From sequence record OZ317122.1: DNA of 64,000 nucleotides; one strand, 5' to 3'. Positions 21,762-31,373 of the stretch are shown here, one piece after another. This DNA is from a phage. The position numbers were made by a program, and so were the translations under genes. A model generated the notes under the pieces. That model searched no databases and was not told the origin of the DNA. It saw nothing but the letters and a program-made list of their open reading frames with translations. Numbering within the stretch: the first letter of the stretch is position 1; each line of letters opens with the position of its first letter.

Positions 21762-22917
21762 TTAACTGTTCGAGGTCAGTTTCTAAATCAGCAGCTGATT
21801 TACTTTTACTTTCTGGAGATTTAAATTTTTCAACCTTTGAGTTAATCAATTCATCAACTTCAGCTTCAACAATTTCATTACTATCAATAGCACCTAACTG
21901 ATAAGCACGTTTAATAGCATCTCGGAATGGTTGATGCTTAAATAAAGGACCCCAGAATGTAGTGCAGTTGGTATCTTTTGCACGCCAAGATTTTTCTTCG
22001 CGAATCATCTCGCCGGTTTCTTCGTCAAGAAATTCACGAGCATACCAGCCATTTTTAGGTTTTACCACGAATCCTAATTCTAGAGCCATATCTAACAATC
22101 CAGAATAAGGATCGATACCACCGTCAAATTTAACATCAATAAAGAATTTACTTTTTTCTTTAACGGTACGAGATTTTTCTACATTTAGAACAAATTGATA
22201 CCCCTGAAGATCGGAACCATCTTTAATCTGGCGCTTACCGATAATGAATACAGTATCAGCCGAATACATTACGCCTGTACCACCTGTCATCACGGTTTTA
22301 CTAAACATTTCAATTGTTTCAATTGTATGGTTAACCGCAACACATGGAATGTTTTTAATACTAAAATAAGGAGTAACAATACGGAATAATGACTTCAGTG
22401 ATTTAGCACGAGTCATATCTGCCACAGATTTTTCATTCAAGGCATCTTCCGTTTCTTTCTTAGAAGCCATATTACCAATTGAGTCGATGAATACTATAAC
22501 CTTTTCACCACGCTCAATAGCTTCAAGCTGATTCACCATATCAATTTTCAGCTGTTCAACTGATTGAATTGGCGTATGAATTACACGTTCCGGGTCAACT
22601 CCCATGGATCGCAAATAAGCTGGAGTAATACCAAATTCGCTATCATAGAATAGACAAACCGCGTCAGGATATTTGTTCAAATATGCCGCAACCATAGTCA
22701 AAGACATATTTGATTTAAAGTGTTTAGAAGGCCCTGCGAAAATAGTTAAACCAGACTGCATACCGCCATCAATCGCACCAGAAATAGCAATATTAAGCAT
22801 TGGAATTTTTGTACGAATTACATCCTTTTCATTAAAGAATTTAGATGTAGTCAGTTCAGCAGTCATTTTAGAAGTGGAAGCTTTAATCAAACGGGATTTT
22901 AAATCTGCAATAGACAT
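21736..22917 (-). CDS. uvsX: UvsX recombinase (RecA-like)
   Basis: 393 aa; RecA-fold motifs; N-terminus ...DLKSRLIKASTSK. Confidence 0.9.
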   Translation of the reverse strand: MSIADLKSRLIKASTSKMTAELTTSKFFNEKDVIRTKIPMLNIAISGAIDGGMQSGLTIFAGPSKHFKSNMSLTMVAAYLNKYPDAVCLFYDSEFGITPAYLRSMGVDPERVIHTPIQSVEQLKIDMVNQLEAIERGEKVIVFIDSIGNMASKKETEDALNEKSVADMTRAKSLKSLFRIVTPYFSIKNIPCVAVNHTIETIEMFSKTVMTGGTGVMYSADTVFIIGKRQIKDGSDLQGYQFVLNVEKSRTVKEKSKFFIDVKFDGGIDPYSGLLDMALELGFVVKPKNGWYAREFLDEETGEMIREEKSWRAKDTNCTTFWGPLFKHQPFRDAIKRAYQLGAIDSNEIVEAEVDELINSKVEKFKSPESKSKSAADLETDLEQLSDMEEFNE

Positions 22918-22994
22918 TCATTTTTTCCATAGGCATCATTATATTTTCCTCACTGGTTAAAGATAGAGTAATTATAACACAATAAATTTAGGCA

Positions 22995-23837
22995 TTAATC
23001 AACTGCTATTGGATGAATAGCATTAAACTTATGAAATGCTTCTGATTTTTCTTTACGCGAAACGCACATGCGAAGAACCTTTAATGGCTCGTCTTCTTCA
23101 CCCAACGATTTTCGTTTTTCAATATTAGAAGTTTTCCAACGAGCTTGCTCTGGAAACTCTCTATTGATTTGCTCAAGCGCTCTATTATGTTTAGAATTAC
23201 TACGAATTGAACTACACCCGCCAGGAGCTTGTGCTTTTCCAGATACAACTAGATATTTGAACAAGGCCAAATGCGGATAACCTTGATTAATTAAATTGAG
23301 AAATGCATACATATCTTCGCATAAATCAATTTTTCCATACCCAATTTGTTCTGTCGTAAGTTTTCCGAGGTCATACCATGTATTCGTGAATCCATATGAA
23401 TTTTCACGATAATTACCCCAAGATGAAGTAATTTTAAAAATTGGTAGACGAGCATGACCGTGATAATACCCGCAATCCATGGCATCTTCAACATATTGAA
23501 TCAATTCATAGAACTGTTCACGAGTTAATTGATTAATTTTATCTACGCGCCGTTTATCGTCTCTCTTTCGTATTGAACTCATACGGATAGTAGTATCATC
23601 GTCAATCATCCAGATTCGTTGGCCTGCATACATATCAGTAATTGCTTTACGAGTACCGGCAATTCCGTTTACATCATCAGGAATAGTTATAATTTTAGCT
23701 CTAGACCCATAGGCATCATAATAAGCTTTTTCTTCATGTTCACGCACTACAATATGGGGTTCATAATCAGTCGGAAACATATCAAGGGCAGAAACTGCCC
23801 CGACACGCTGATAACTTGGAATTACGAATTGAATCAT
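22995..23837 (-). CDS. putative DNA-modifying glycosyltransferase at the beta-gt locus (not T4-type beta-gt)
   Basis: 280 aa; DxD-like IDDDTT; sits between uvsX and 42 where T4 has its 351-aa beta-gt. Confidence 0.45.
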   Translation of the reverse strand: MIQFVIPSYQRVGAVSALDMFPTDYEPHIVVREHEEKAYYDAYGSRAKIITIPDDVNGIAGTRKAITDMYAGQRIWMIDDDTTIRMSSIRKRDDKRRVDKINQLTREQFYELIQYVEDAMDCGYYHGHARLPIFKITSSWGNYRENSYGFTNTWYDLGKLTTEQIGYGKIDLCEDMYAFLNLINQGYPHLALFKYLVVSGKAQAPGGCSSIRSNSKHNRALEQINREFPEQARWKTSNIEKRKSLGEEDEPLKVLRMCVSRKEKSEAFHKFNAIHPIAVD

Positions 23838-24475
23838 TTAAGTGCCTTACATTTGTCAAAATGGTATCTTGTCATATTTGGCCCACGTCCTTTTAGTCCG
23901 CAATGCGGACATATTTTTTCTATCAAATTATGAGGTTTTCCTTTACGATTTTTAGACATCGTTTCTTTAATTATTTTAGCTTTTTCTACGCCAAAAATTT
24001 CTTCATAAGTTTTACCAGAATTTTCCTTGGCTCGATTTATAATTCCATATGCCTGCTCATTTTTACCATACATTGGATTACCTTCGCCTTTCATTCTTTT
24101 AGAATGATCAGGACGCTTGATTCCACGAAAGGCATTTCCGCACTTATATCTTTCTTCTGGAGATAGTTTTTTACCGTACATTCCATTTAATTTGCCTGGA
24201 AAACTTCCTCCCCATGCTTCATTCTTTAAATTATATGAATCCGGACAATTAGCAGCATCTAAACAAGTTAAAATAATTTCTTCAACCTGTCTAAACATTG
24301 GTCCTTCATATAATATTTCTTTATTAAAGGATTTTATTCCATATTTCTTTTTAGCATGTTGCCAAACTACACCCGAACCATCATAATTCGGGTTGTGACC
24401 ATCATGACTTCCTATATACCACTTTTTAGTTTTAGGATGTTTATACTTATAAACATGTGGCACATTTACTTCCAT
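23834..24475 (-). CDS. GIY-YIG homing endonuclease (Seg-like) with C-terminal zinc finger
   Basis: 213 aa; VYKYKHPKTKKWYIGS GIY-YIG motif; CPHCGLKGRGPNMTRYHFDKC; overlaps both neighbours. Confidence 0.75.
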   Translation of the reverse strand: MEVNVPHVYKYKHPKTKKWYIGSHDGHNPNYDGSGVVWQHAKKKYGIKSFNKEILYEGPMFRQVEEIILTCLDAANCPDSYNLKNEAWGGSFPGKLNGMYGKKLSPEERYKCGNAFRGIKRPDHSKRMKGEGNPMYGKNEQAYGIINRAKENSGKTYEEIFGVEKAKIIKETMSKNRKGKPHNLIEKICPHCGLKGRGPNMTRYHFDKCKALK

Positions 24476-25206
24476 TTTCCAGTATAATCCTTTTTAGCAA
24501 TATGAGTCTCACCGGTGTTCCACCAATGGTCAACTAAATAAAACTGATTTTCGTACACATGAAGACTTCCAACGTTCCATATAATAGAACCTGCTTTATA
24601 TTGCCGCGATGGGTCGCCTGCATTCAAATCAGATACTAATTTATCTAGTACGTATTTTTGCCAAGCATAATCATTACGATAGCCTGCCCAGCAATCATTG
24701 CTTCTCATGCTAACAACCGCATTGACTTTCTTATCACGAATCAGGTACTGTACTGTATTAGTACACATGAAATCTGACATACCATCTTTATTGTAGTCAA
24801 ACTGCATAGATGGACGAGTATAAATCATGATACCACGTCGAGAATCAGGATTTTGACCAAGTTCAGCTAAACACATATCATACTGGGCATAGTTATCTTC
24901 TGACCAAATAGCCCAACCATAATTCGAGTTAATTTCGCCTTTAGAAGATGCTACCTGCTGCCAAATCTTTGGTGTTTCACCTGGAATATCTTTAACAAAC
25001 AAACTCTTAGATTTATACCATTCAAGTTCACGCTGAATGTATTCATCATTAAGAGCGCCAAAAATAAACGGTTCATCTGCTACAAATGATGCGCCAATAA
25101 TTTCAATAGTTTTAACACCAGTTTTATCAACTACGAAATCTTTTTCTTTTAATGCAAGCCCCAAATGAAGACGGATTTCTTCAACTGTCATAGAGTCACT
25201 AATCAT
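24466..25206 (-). CDS. 42: dCMP hydroxymethylase
   Basis: 246 aa; N-terminus MISDSMTVEEIRLHLGLALKEKDF. Confidence 0.9.
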   Translation of the reverse strand: MISDSMTVEEIRLHLGLALKEKDFVVDKTGVKTIEIIGASFVADEPFIFGALNDEYIQRELEWYKSKSLFVKDIPGETPKIWQQVASSKGEINSNYGWAIWSEDNYAQYDMCLAELGQNPDSRRGIMIYTRPSMQFDYNKDGMSDFMCTNTVQYLIRDKKVNAVVSMRSNDCWAGYRNDYAWQKYVLDKLVSDLNAGDPSRQYKAGSIIWNVGSLHVYENQFYLVDHWWNTGETHIAKKDYTGKWK

Positions 25207-25359
25207 TTAAACCTCAATTGATACATTCATATTTAACTTGTAACAGTAATAAACTCCAACCTAAAATAATAGTTGGAATCATAAGAGGAACCGTTACACT
25301 ATAGTATATACTTATTATAATCATCAAGATTAAAAGCAATGCTGTTATAATTCTGCTTT

Positions 25360-25611
25360 TCATTCCTTCTCTCTGATGATAATTACCTGATTTGGTTGTG
25401 CAGACTTTTTAGTTTCACCCGCAATTGACCAAATAAATGTAATAAACCAACCAATAATTGACCAGTTAAACAGTAAAGATGTGAAAAAGATTCCTACTGT
25501 CGATTTTGACCCACGCATCAAAGCAATAAACCATGGAAGCATGTATATAATAATAGCCAACACGCCTGAAACTAAAACCATAAAAATTGAACCTGCTACT
25601 AAAGTTTCCAT
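25360..25611 (-). CDS. imm: Imm superinfection immunity membrane protein
   Basis: 83 aa, two hydrophobic helices. Confidence 0.8.
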   Translation of the reverse strand: METLVAGSIFMVLVSGVLAIIIYMLPWFIALMRGSKSTVGIFFTSLLFNWSIIGWFITFIWSIAGETKKSAQPNQVIIIREKE

Positions 25612-25618
25612 GTTTTCC

Positions 25619-25999
25619 TCACTTAGTCAAATTTTTTACGCATGAATTATAAGAATTCACTACATACTCCATCGGAGCATTTTTACCAGTACGCCATTGG
25701 TAATTATTGGCCCAATTAGCCCAAAGCTCGGCGCAGTAGTTTTCAATTTTTTCTTCGCGTGTAATTACATCCGAATTACGATATGCTTGAGCAGATTCAT
25801 CTGGACGAATAGCTTCGTCAAAATTCGCCTGCATTTGTTCGACTGTTTGCTTTGGAGCTTCTTTATAACACTTGACATTAGGATTATAAAATTTGCTTGA
25901 ACAGTTTACAATTTTTCCTACATCAGACTGATTTACTACCGGTCCTTGAGCTACACAACCAGTAAGACCTAATGCAATAACCAAAATAGCGATTTTCAT
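25619..25999 (-). CDS. putative lipoprotein (imm.1 position)
   Basis: 126 aa; MKIAILVIALGLTGC lipobox. Confidence 0.6.
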   Translation of the reverse strand: MKIAILVIALGLTGCVAQGPVVNQSDVGKIVNCSSKFYNPNVKCYKEAPKQTVEQMQANFDEAIRPDESAQAYRNSDVITREEKIENYCAELWANWANNYQWRTGKNAPMEYVVNSYNSCVKNLTK

Positions 26000-26009
26000 A
26001 ATAATTTCC

Positions 26010-26243
26010 TCAAATGCAAGTAGTAATTACTCCAGTAGTGCTTATGCAGGTATTACCCATTTGCACACCTAAAGATCCATTTGTATTCACATGAAGATTA
26101 TCATCAATTTTAACTGATATTTTACCATTAGTGTGAATAACGGTGCTAGATTCAATCACAGGTTGAGTATCATTTTCAACACTAACAAATGGAACTGCTG
26201 CTAATGCAACTAAACAAACTGCTAAGCATCCCATAACAATTTT
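26010..26243 (-). CDS. small secreted/membrane protein
   Basis: 77 aa from MKIVMGCLAVCLVALAA; track N-terminal extension is translated promoter/leader. Confidence 0.5.
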   Translation of the reverse strand, partial: KIVMGCLAVCLVALAAVPFVSVENDTQPVIESSTVIHTNGKISVKIDDNLHVNTNGSLGVQMGNTCISTTGVITTCI

Positions 26244-26261
26244 CATTTTATTCTCCAAATC

Positions 26262-26300
26262 CGTATCAGTAGTTGATAGTTGTATAGTACCATGAAAGAA
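26262..26300 (-). promoter_or_regulatory. early promoter with conserved leader
   Basis: plus-strand gtatagtaccat...cttgtaaac; one of at least five near-identical copies. Confidence 0.5.
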
Positions 26301-26400
26301 CATTCTTGTAAACAGTTTTGTGAAAATTTTTTAGGGAATTCTAAATGTCCAGAATCATCTGTTTTTCATAAGTATAGATTTATATTACTTGTATGAAAAA

Positions 26401-26416
26401 GGGACCCGGAGGTCCC
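26401..26416 (-). terminator. terminator after gene 43 (hairpin plus U run)
   Basis: gggacc-cgga-ggtccc preceded by A5 on plus strand. Confidence 0.65.
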
Positions 26417-26429
26417 TAGATTTATTCTA

Positions 26430-29126
26430 TCAGCCAAACAGGAAGTCTAACGAAGCTTTTTCTTCATAGTCCATACCAGCCGATTCACACATGCCCGCAA
26501 GCGGTTTAACAAACGATTTTTGGAACAAAGTTGAGTAGTCAATCCAAGACAGTACGTCAGAACGAATTTCTTTTGGAAGTTCTGTACCCGACGGCCAAGC
26601 AATGCATTTGTCACCAAATGGATTTCCTTCACGTAATGGAAGAACCATTACTTTATTTCCATCCAAAATTGGAGCTACACCCAGACCACTAACAGCTCGA
26701 CGATAAGTTAGCACACCGCGAATATGGAACGGGCATTTAAATCCTGGCCAACCTTTATCATCATATTTCGCTATATCGTTCGCAGTTTTTACTTCAGCAA
26801 TAACTTTATAGTCAAGTTGACGATATTCTTTCTCGAAGTTCTTGTAGTATTCTTGGACAGACTCTTCACCTTCTTGAAGAATACGACGAATACTTTCTTC
26901 GAGAGCTTCTTGCACTGCTTTTGGTGTTGAACTCTGCTGAGTTTCCATACCCATGATTTTTAGATGCGGTTCAGCAAATCGTTTATCTTCCATATCATAA
27001 ACGTTCAGGGCATAACGCTTTTTCGCTTTCCAAAATCCACCAACACCCTTTGAACCAAGTGGAGGGCAAGAAATAGCTTCACGGTCCATATGCATCAGAT
27101 GCTCGCGGTTATTCATATAATCACATAACTCACGATATGCAACATCAATCATAGGTTCCATCTTTTTCTTACCGAACTGATTCATGAATTCAACTAAATC
27201 GTTCTGCTCTTTGAATCGGTCAAGACCAACTTTTTCAATAACTTTATCTACACAAACATATACCGAATCAGTATCACCTGCTGCGATGAAATCTTCACCA
27301 TTAGTTCCGCATACTTTATTCAGATATTCATTAATTTTACGAGCAATCCACTGAATACCAACTTGGCCGAAAATTGTGATAGCAGTAGCATTTCGCAAAT
27401 CATAGTAACGGAAATGAATATTACCAAGAGCACCATAAAGACTGTTAATAAGAATTTTACGGTTCAGCTGATTTGTATTAGCAAGTGTAGCTGCTTTTTC
27501 ACATTCTTCAATCAGACTATTGAGAACAGATTCAGTATAATTCGACAGTTCATTTAAGAAATCATCACTGAACTTAACATATCGTTCAACTTCTGGTTTA
27601 GTTGAACAAGACCCTGCGCCTTTCATAATAATCTTTTTAATAGCTTCGGCATTCATTTCTTCAGCGAACATTTTCTTTTTCCAGTCTTTACGCTGGAAAA
27701 ATACTTTAGCGATTTCCTTTGGAATGATACCTTCTTGATGCTTATCATACATCCATCCATTCGGAGAACAAGAATATTCTTCACTTGGCTTAGGAGCTGT
27801 TCCTGCGATATATTCATGAATTGGATGAACTTTAAATTGTCCACGAATAGTCTCAGGACTAATGTTAACCTGACGAATAATGCTCGGATACAGAGACGTC
27901 AAGTCAAAACTCATAATATATCGACGAGCAATTGGTTTAGGTTCAAACACAAATGCACCCGGAAAACTCTGTTTAACGTGCGAACCTTGTTGAGGAATAA
28001 CCTTATGTTCACCTTTCAATGAGTTAAAAATAATAGCATCCCAAGTTTTAATAGGACTCATTACACCAGAAAAAGGCATTTTAGCATAATAAGACATACT
28101 TAAAACTAGATCGATAAACCCGCGAATTTTATCAATTGCTTGAACTGATTCTACGTCAATGATGTTATAACTAATGTATCGTTGATGATTAGTCTCACGG
28201 AGTTTATTAATAGGACCGTCGTATGGTAATTTACCTTTTTTGGTTTCATGTTGAGCAACTGATTCCAAAGAGAATGACGGCAAATTAGTAAAAGCGAATT
28301 TCTTGTACAAATCTAAATAATCAAGAATAGATACGCCATCAATAGAATAAATTTCTTTGCTACCGTACATATTTTGAATTAGTTTAGATTTTACCCGACC
28401 GATTGGAGAGAAACGTTTCATACTACGTTCACCTAGAATCATTTTAACGCGATTCATGATATACGGAACGTCAAATCCCTCAATATTCCAACCAGTAAAA
28501 ATAGCAGGTCGTTTCTGTTCCCAGAGATTGATATATTCCATGAGCATATCACGCTCATTATCGAATGGCATATAAATTACTCGGTCAAGAATTTCTTGAG
28601 GAACTTCATCACCACCTTCACAGTCAAGCTTAGCAGCTAACTTTGCATCCCATTTTGATACTGAACCGTACATTGAATTCAAAAGGTCGAAAACATAAAA
28701 ACGATCATCAATTGAATCGTAATGAGTGATAGCATCAATTTCATATTCAGCTTTCATTGGGTCAGGAAATTTATCACCAGTAACCTCAATGTCACAGTTA
28801 GCTACACGAACAAATTTTCGGTCATAAACAATTTCTGAACCATACGTATCACTGATATAAGCGAGTTTAAAATCGTTCATACCAAGAGCTTCGAGACCGA
28901 TGTCTTCCATTCGCTTCATCCAATCTCGAGCATCTTTCATTGATTGAAATTTTTGAGGAGCGCAATTTTTACCATAAATGTCTTTGTACTTTGACTCTTC
29001 CTTACAATGCCTAAACATAGTTGGAAGATATTCTACTTCACGAGTACGTTCCTTTCCGTTTTCATCAATATAACGTTCAACAATGTTATTTCCGACTGTT
29101 TCGATAGAGATATAAAATTCTTTCAT
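26430..29126 (-). CDS. 43: DNA polymerase (family B) with 3'-5' exonuclease
   Basis: 898 aa; MKEFYISIETVGNNIVERYIDENGKER; size equals T4 gp43. Confidence 0.95.
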   Translation of the reverse strand: MKEFYISIETVGNNIVERYIDENGKERTREVEYLPTMFRHCKEESKYKDIYGKNCAPQKFQSMKDARDWMKRMEDIGLEALGMNDFKLAYISDTYGSEIVYDRKFVRVANCDIEVTGDKFPDPMKAEYEIDAITHYDSIDDRFYVFDLLNSMYGSVSKWDAKLAAKLDCEGGDEVPQEILDRVIYMPFDNERDMLMEYINLWEQKRPAIFTGWNIEGFDVPYIMNRVKMILGERSMKRFSPIGRVKSKLIQNMYGSKEIYSIDGVSILDYLDLYKKFAFTNLPSFSLESVAQHETKKGKLPYDGPINKLRETNHQRYISYNIIDVESVQAIDKIRGFIDLVLSMSYYAKMPFSGVMSPIKTWDAIIFNSLKGEHKVIPQQGSHVKQSFPGAFVFEPKPIARRYIMSFDLTSLYPSIIRQVNISPETIRGQFKVHPIHEYIAGTAPKPSEEYSCSPNGWMYDKHQEGIIPKEIAKVFFQRKDWKKKMFAEEMNAEAIKKIIMKGAGSCSTKPEVERYVKFSDDFLNELSNYTESVLNSLIEECEKAATLANTNQLNRKILINSLYGALGNIHFRYYDLRNATAITIFGQVGIQWIARKINEYLNKVCGTNGEDFIAAGDTDSVYVCVDKVIEKVGLDRFKEQNDLVEFMNQFGKKKMEPMIDVAYRELCDYMNNREHLMHMDREAISCPPLGSKGVGGFWKAKKRYALNVYDMEDKRFAEPHLKIMGMETQQSSTPKAVQEALEESIRRILQEGEESVQEYYKNFEKEYRQLDYKVIAEVKTANDIAKYDDKGWPGFKCPFHIRGVLTYRRAVSGLGVAPILDGNKVMVLPLREGNPFGDKCIAWPSGTELPKEIRSDVLSWIDYSTLFQKSFVKPLAGMCESAGMDYEEKASLDFLFG

Positions 29127-29165
29127 AGATATTCCTTAGTTTATAGCCCGAGTTATTAGGCTCTT
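29127..29165 (-). promoter_or_regulatory. gene 43 translational operator region (hairpin plus AAGGAA SD)
   Basis: minus transcript ...GAGCUAAUAACUCGGGCUAUAAACUAAGGAAUAUCUAUG; gp43 autorepression is established for T4. Confidence 0.45.
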
Positions 29166-29186
29166 GATATATTATACTCCAATTAA

Positions 29187-29200
29187 GGGGCCGAAGCCCC
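29187..29200 (-). other. UUCG-tetraloop GC hairpin
   Basis: ggggc-cgaa-gcccc. Confidence 0.5.
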
Positions 29201-29204
29201 TTGC

Positions 29205-29426
29205 TTAAATTAGTACTATTTGTCGGGTGAAAATTGTCAATCCATCTGCATTAATTGACTTAACGACCGCGGTAAAGTGTTTTTGTTCTGGGTGAACTAA
29301 TTTTTGAAATTCTACCTGAAATTTTAGTTGAAGGTTTTCTGGTAAATCGAAAAGTGTTTCTGTTGCAGAAAGATTATATTTTTCTTTAAGAGACGCCATG
29401 TATTCTTGCGGAGTTATAGCAGTCAT
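29205..29426 (-). CDS. small hypothetical protein between regA and 43
   Basis: about 73 aa from MTAITPQEY; TAATATG junction with regA stop. Confidence 0.4.
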   Translation of the reverse strand: MTAITPQEYMASLKEKYNLSATETLFDLPENLQLKFQVEFQKLVHPEQKHFTAVVKSINADGLTIFTRQIVLI

Positions 29427-29427
29427 A

Positions 29428-29796
29428 TTAATTACCAATCGTATATTTAGGAACGAGTTTCCATTCATGTTTTTGTTTAAAAGAAATAACTCGGAAGTTA
29501 TTAGTTAAATCTTTCATAAAAGTTCTTTGACCAGGAACGATTTCAATCAGTCCCCAATCTTCTAATAGCCATGCAATCGAATCACGACGAACTTCATCTT
29601 CTTCTGTCATTTCAACCTGGCGACCATCCATACGAAGCATTTCTTTAAAATGAACGATATAGTATAGTCCTTTTTTCTGAAGAATATGACAGGACTGATA
29701 CAGAACTTTATCTTTATTATTAGCAATTCCCATACGAGTCAAAGTTTCTTTTACTTTCAGAAAATCTTCAGGTTTTTTAAGAGTAATTTCAATCAT
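29428..29796 (-). CDS. regA: RegA translational repressor
   Basis: 122 aa; MIEITLKKPEDFLKVKETLTRMGIANNKDKVLYQSCHILQKKGLYYIVHFKEM. Confidence 0.85.
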   Translation of the reverse strand: MIEITLKKPEDFLKVKETLTRMGIANNKDKVLYQSCHILQKKGLYYIVHFKEMLRMDGRQVEMTEEDEVRRDSIAWLLEDWGLIEIVPGQRTFMKDLTNNFRVISFKQKHEWKLVPKYTIGN

Positions 29797-29797
29797 T

Positions 29798-30361
29798 TTA
29801 CCATTCCAATGCTAGTTTTTTGAGTTGTTTCTGTTCTTTTACGTTCTTAGTCACTTCTTTCAAAAAATCATCCGTGACTAAACCTTTTAGTTCTTTTAAT
29901 ACTAAAGGAAGTTTTCCATTTTTAGTAAGAATTGATTTATAGTTAATTGCATCATTTGTATTAACTTGATACCGCTTAGCAAGTAACTTAATAATCAATA
30001 CTTCGGTGGAATCTTCAACCAGTTTTGCCCATTTACCATATCTTTTACCACGAGGAACTGCAGCCATTAGATAATTAAAATGAGCTTCATCACTTAATCC
30101 AGAACCGATTAAATTCATAGCATATACAGCTGGCATGCACTCTGGAAATTGTGATAATGCATTTTCAACCATGAATTTTGAATAATCTTTTTGAGCAATA
30201 GAGCATTTAGTTTTATTATTAATAGCTCCAATTATTTCAAAAAATTCATTTTCAGCTTTTTCTTTAAAAGAATCAGCAGCGGATTGGACAGCTGTCCAAT
30301 CTTTTGAATACCAAGCAACTTGATGCTCGTTTAATTGAATATCATCTTCAAATAAGCTCAT
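29798..30361 (-). CDS. 62: clamp loader small subunit
   Basis: 187 aa, ATGA overlap with gene 44. Confidence 0.85.
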   Translation of the reverse strand: MSLFEDDIQLNEHQVAWYSKDWTAVQSAADSFKEKAENEFFEIIGAINNKTKCSIAQKDYSKFMVENALSQFPECMPAVYAMNLIGSGLSDEAHFNYLMAAVPRGKRYGKWAKLVEDSTEVLIIKLLAKRYQVNTNDAINYKSILTKNGKLPLVLKELKGLVTDDFLKEVTKNVKEQKQLKKLALEW

Positions 30362-30362
30362 A

Positions 30363-31322
30363 TCACTTCCACTGCATTTCGCATGCTAATTGAATGAAAA
30401 GATAAGCTAAATGCAATTCAGTATTAGCTGCAATACCATGATACTGATTATTTTCGCCTACAATTTCGTACATACGAATAATACTCTGCGGAGTTACACG
30501 TGAATAGATTTCTTCGGCAAGTTTACCAACGAACCACGAATAATCAGCTGCATATTTTGGTGCTAAAGCTCTGAGTTGTTTAACATCTTTATTTTTGAGA
30601 GACTCAAGAACATCATCAATAGCACCACGATCGTTAGTAACCAGTGATAAAATACCAGCATCCAAAACACCTTTAGATGAATAACTATCGAGCTCGCCAA
30701 TAGTTTTACGAAAATCAGGAAAATTCTTTTTAACCAAAGCTGCTACAACTTTCATATCAGCTATAGCAATTCCTTCATGCTTACAGATTTCAGTCAATCG
30801 ACGAATCATCTGCTTCATCATTTCAATTTTATCTTCATCGGTCGGTTGACCGAACGTAATAACTCGGCAGCGTGACTGAAGTGGTTTAATAATACCATCA
30901 ATATTGTTAGCAGTAATAATAATACTACAGTTTGAACTATAAGCTTCCATAAAGGAACGAAGATGTCGCTGAGATTCTGCTAAACCTGAACGGTCAAATT
31001 CATCAATAACGATTACTTTTTGACGACCATCAAATGAAGCGGCGCTGGCAAAATTAGTCAAAGGACCACGAACGAAATCAATTTTACAATCTGAACCATT
31101 CACAAACATCATATCAGCATTTACATCATGACACAATGCTTTTGCTACAGTTGTTTTACCTGTTCCTGGAGAAGGAGAATGAAGAATAATATGTGGAATC
31201 TTACCTTTACTTGTAATAGATTTAAAGGTTTCTTTATCAAAGGCGGGAAGAATACATTCATCGATAGTAGATGGACGATATTTCTGTTCAAGAATGTGTT
31301 CTTTTTCATTTACGGTAATCAT
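30363..31322 (-). CDS. 44: clamp loader large subunit (AAA+)
   Basis: 319 aa from MITVNEKEH (track ORF starts at upstream TTG); Walker [11 protein letters not shown]. Confidence 0.9.
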
Positions 31323-31357
31323 AATTTCCTCATTCAAGTTTTAGTGTAAATTATAAA

Positions 31358-31369
31358 GGGCCGAAGCCC
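31358..31369 (-). other. UUCG-tetraloop GC hairpin between 45 and 44
   Basis: gggc-cgaa-gccc. Confidence 0.5.
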
Positions 31370-31373
31370 TCTA

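Noticed and set aside
29201-29219. MotA-box middle promoter (TTGCTTAAA) on the plus strand
   Set aside because: Spacing to the nearest -10-like hexamer is only about 4 nt and there is no plus-strand gene downstream.
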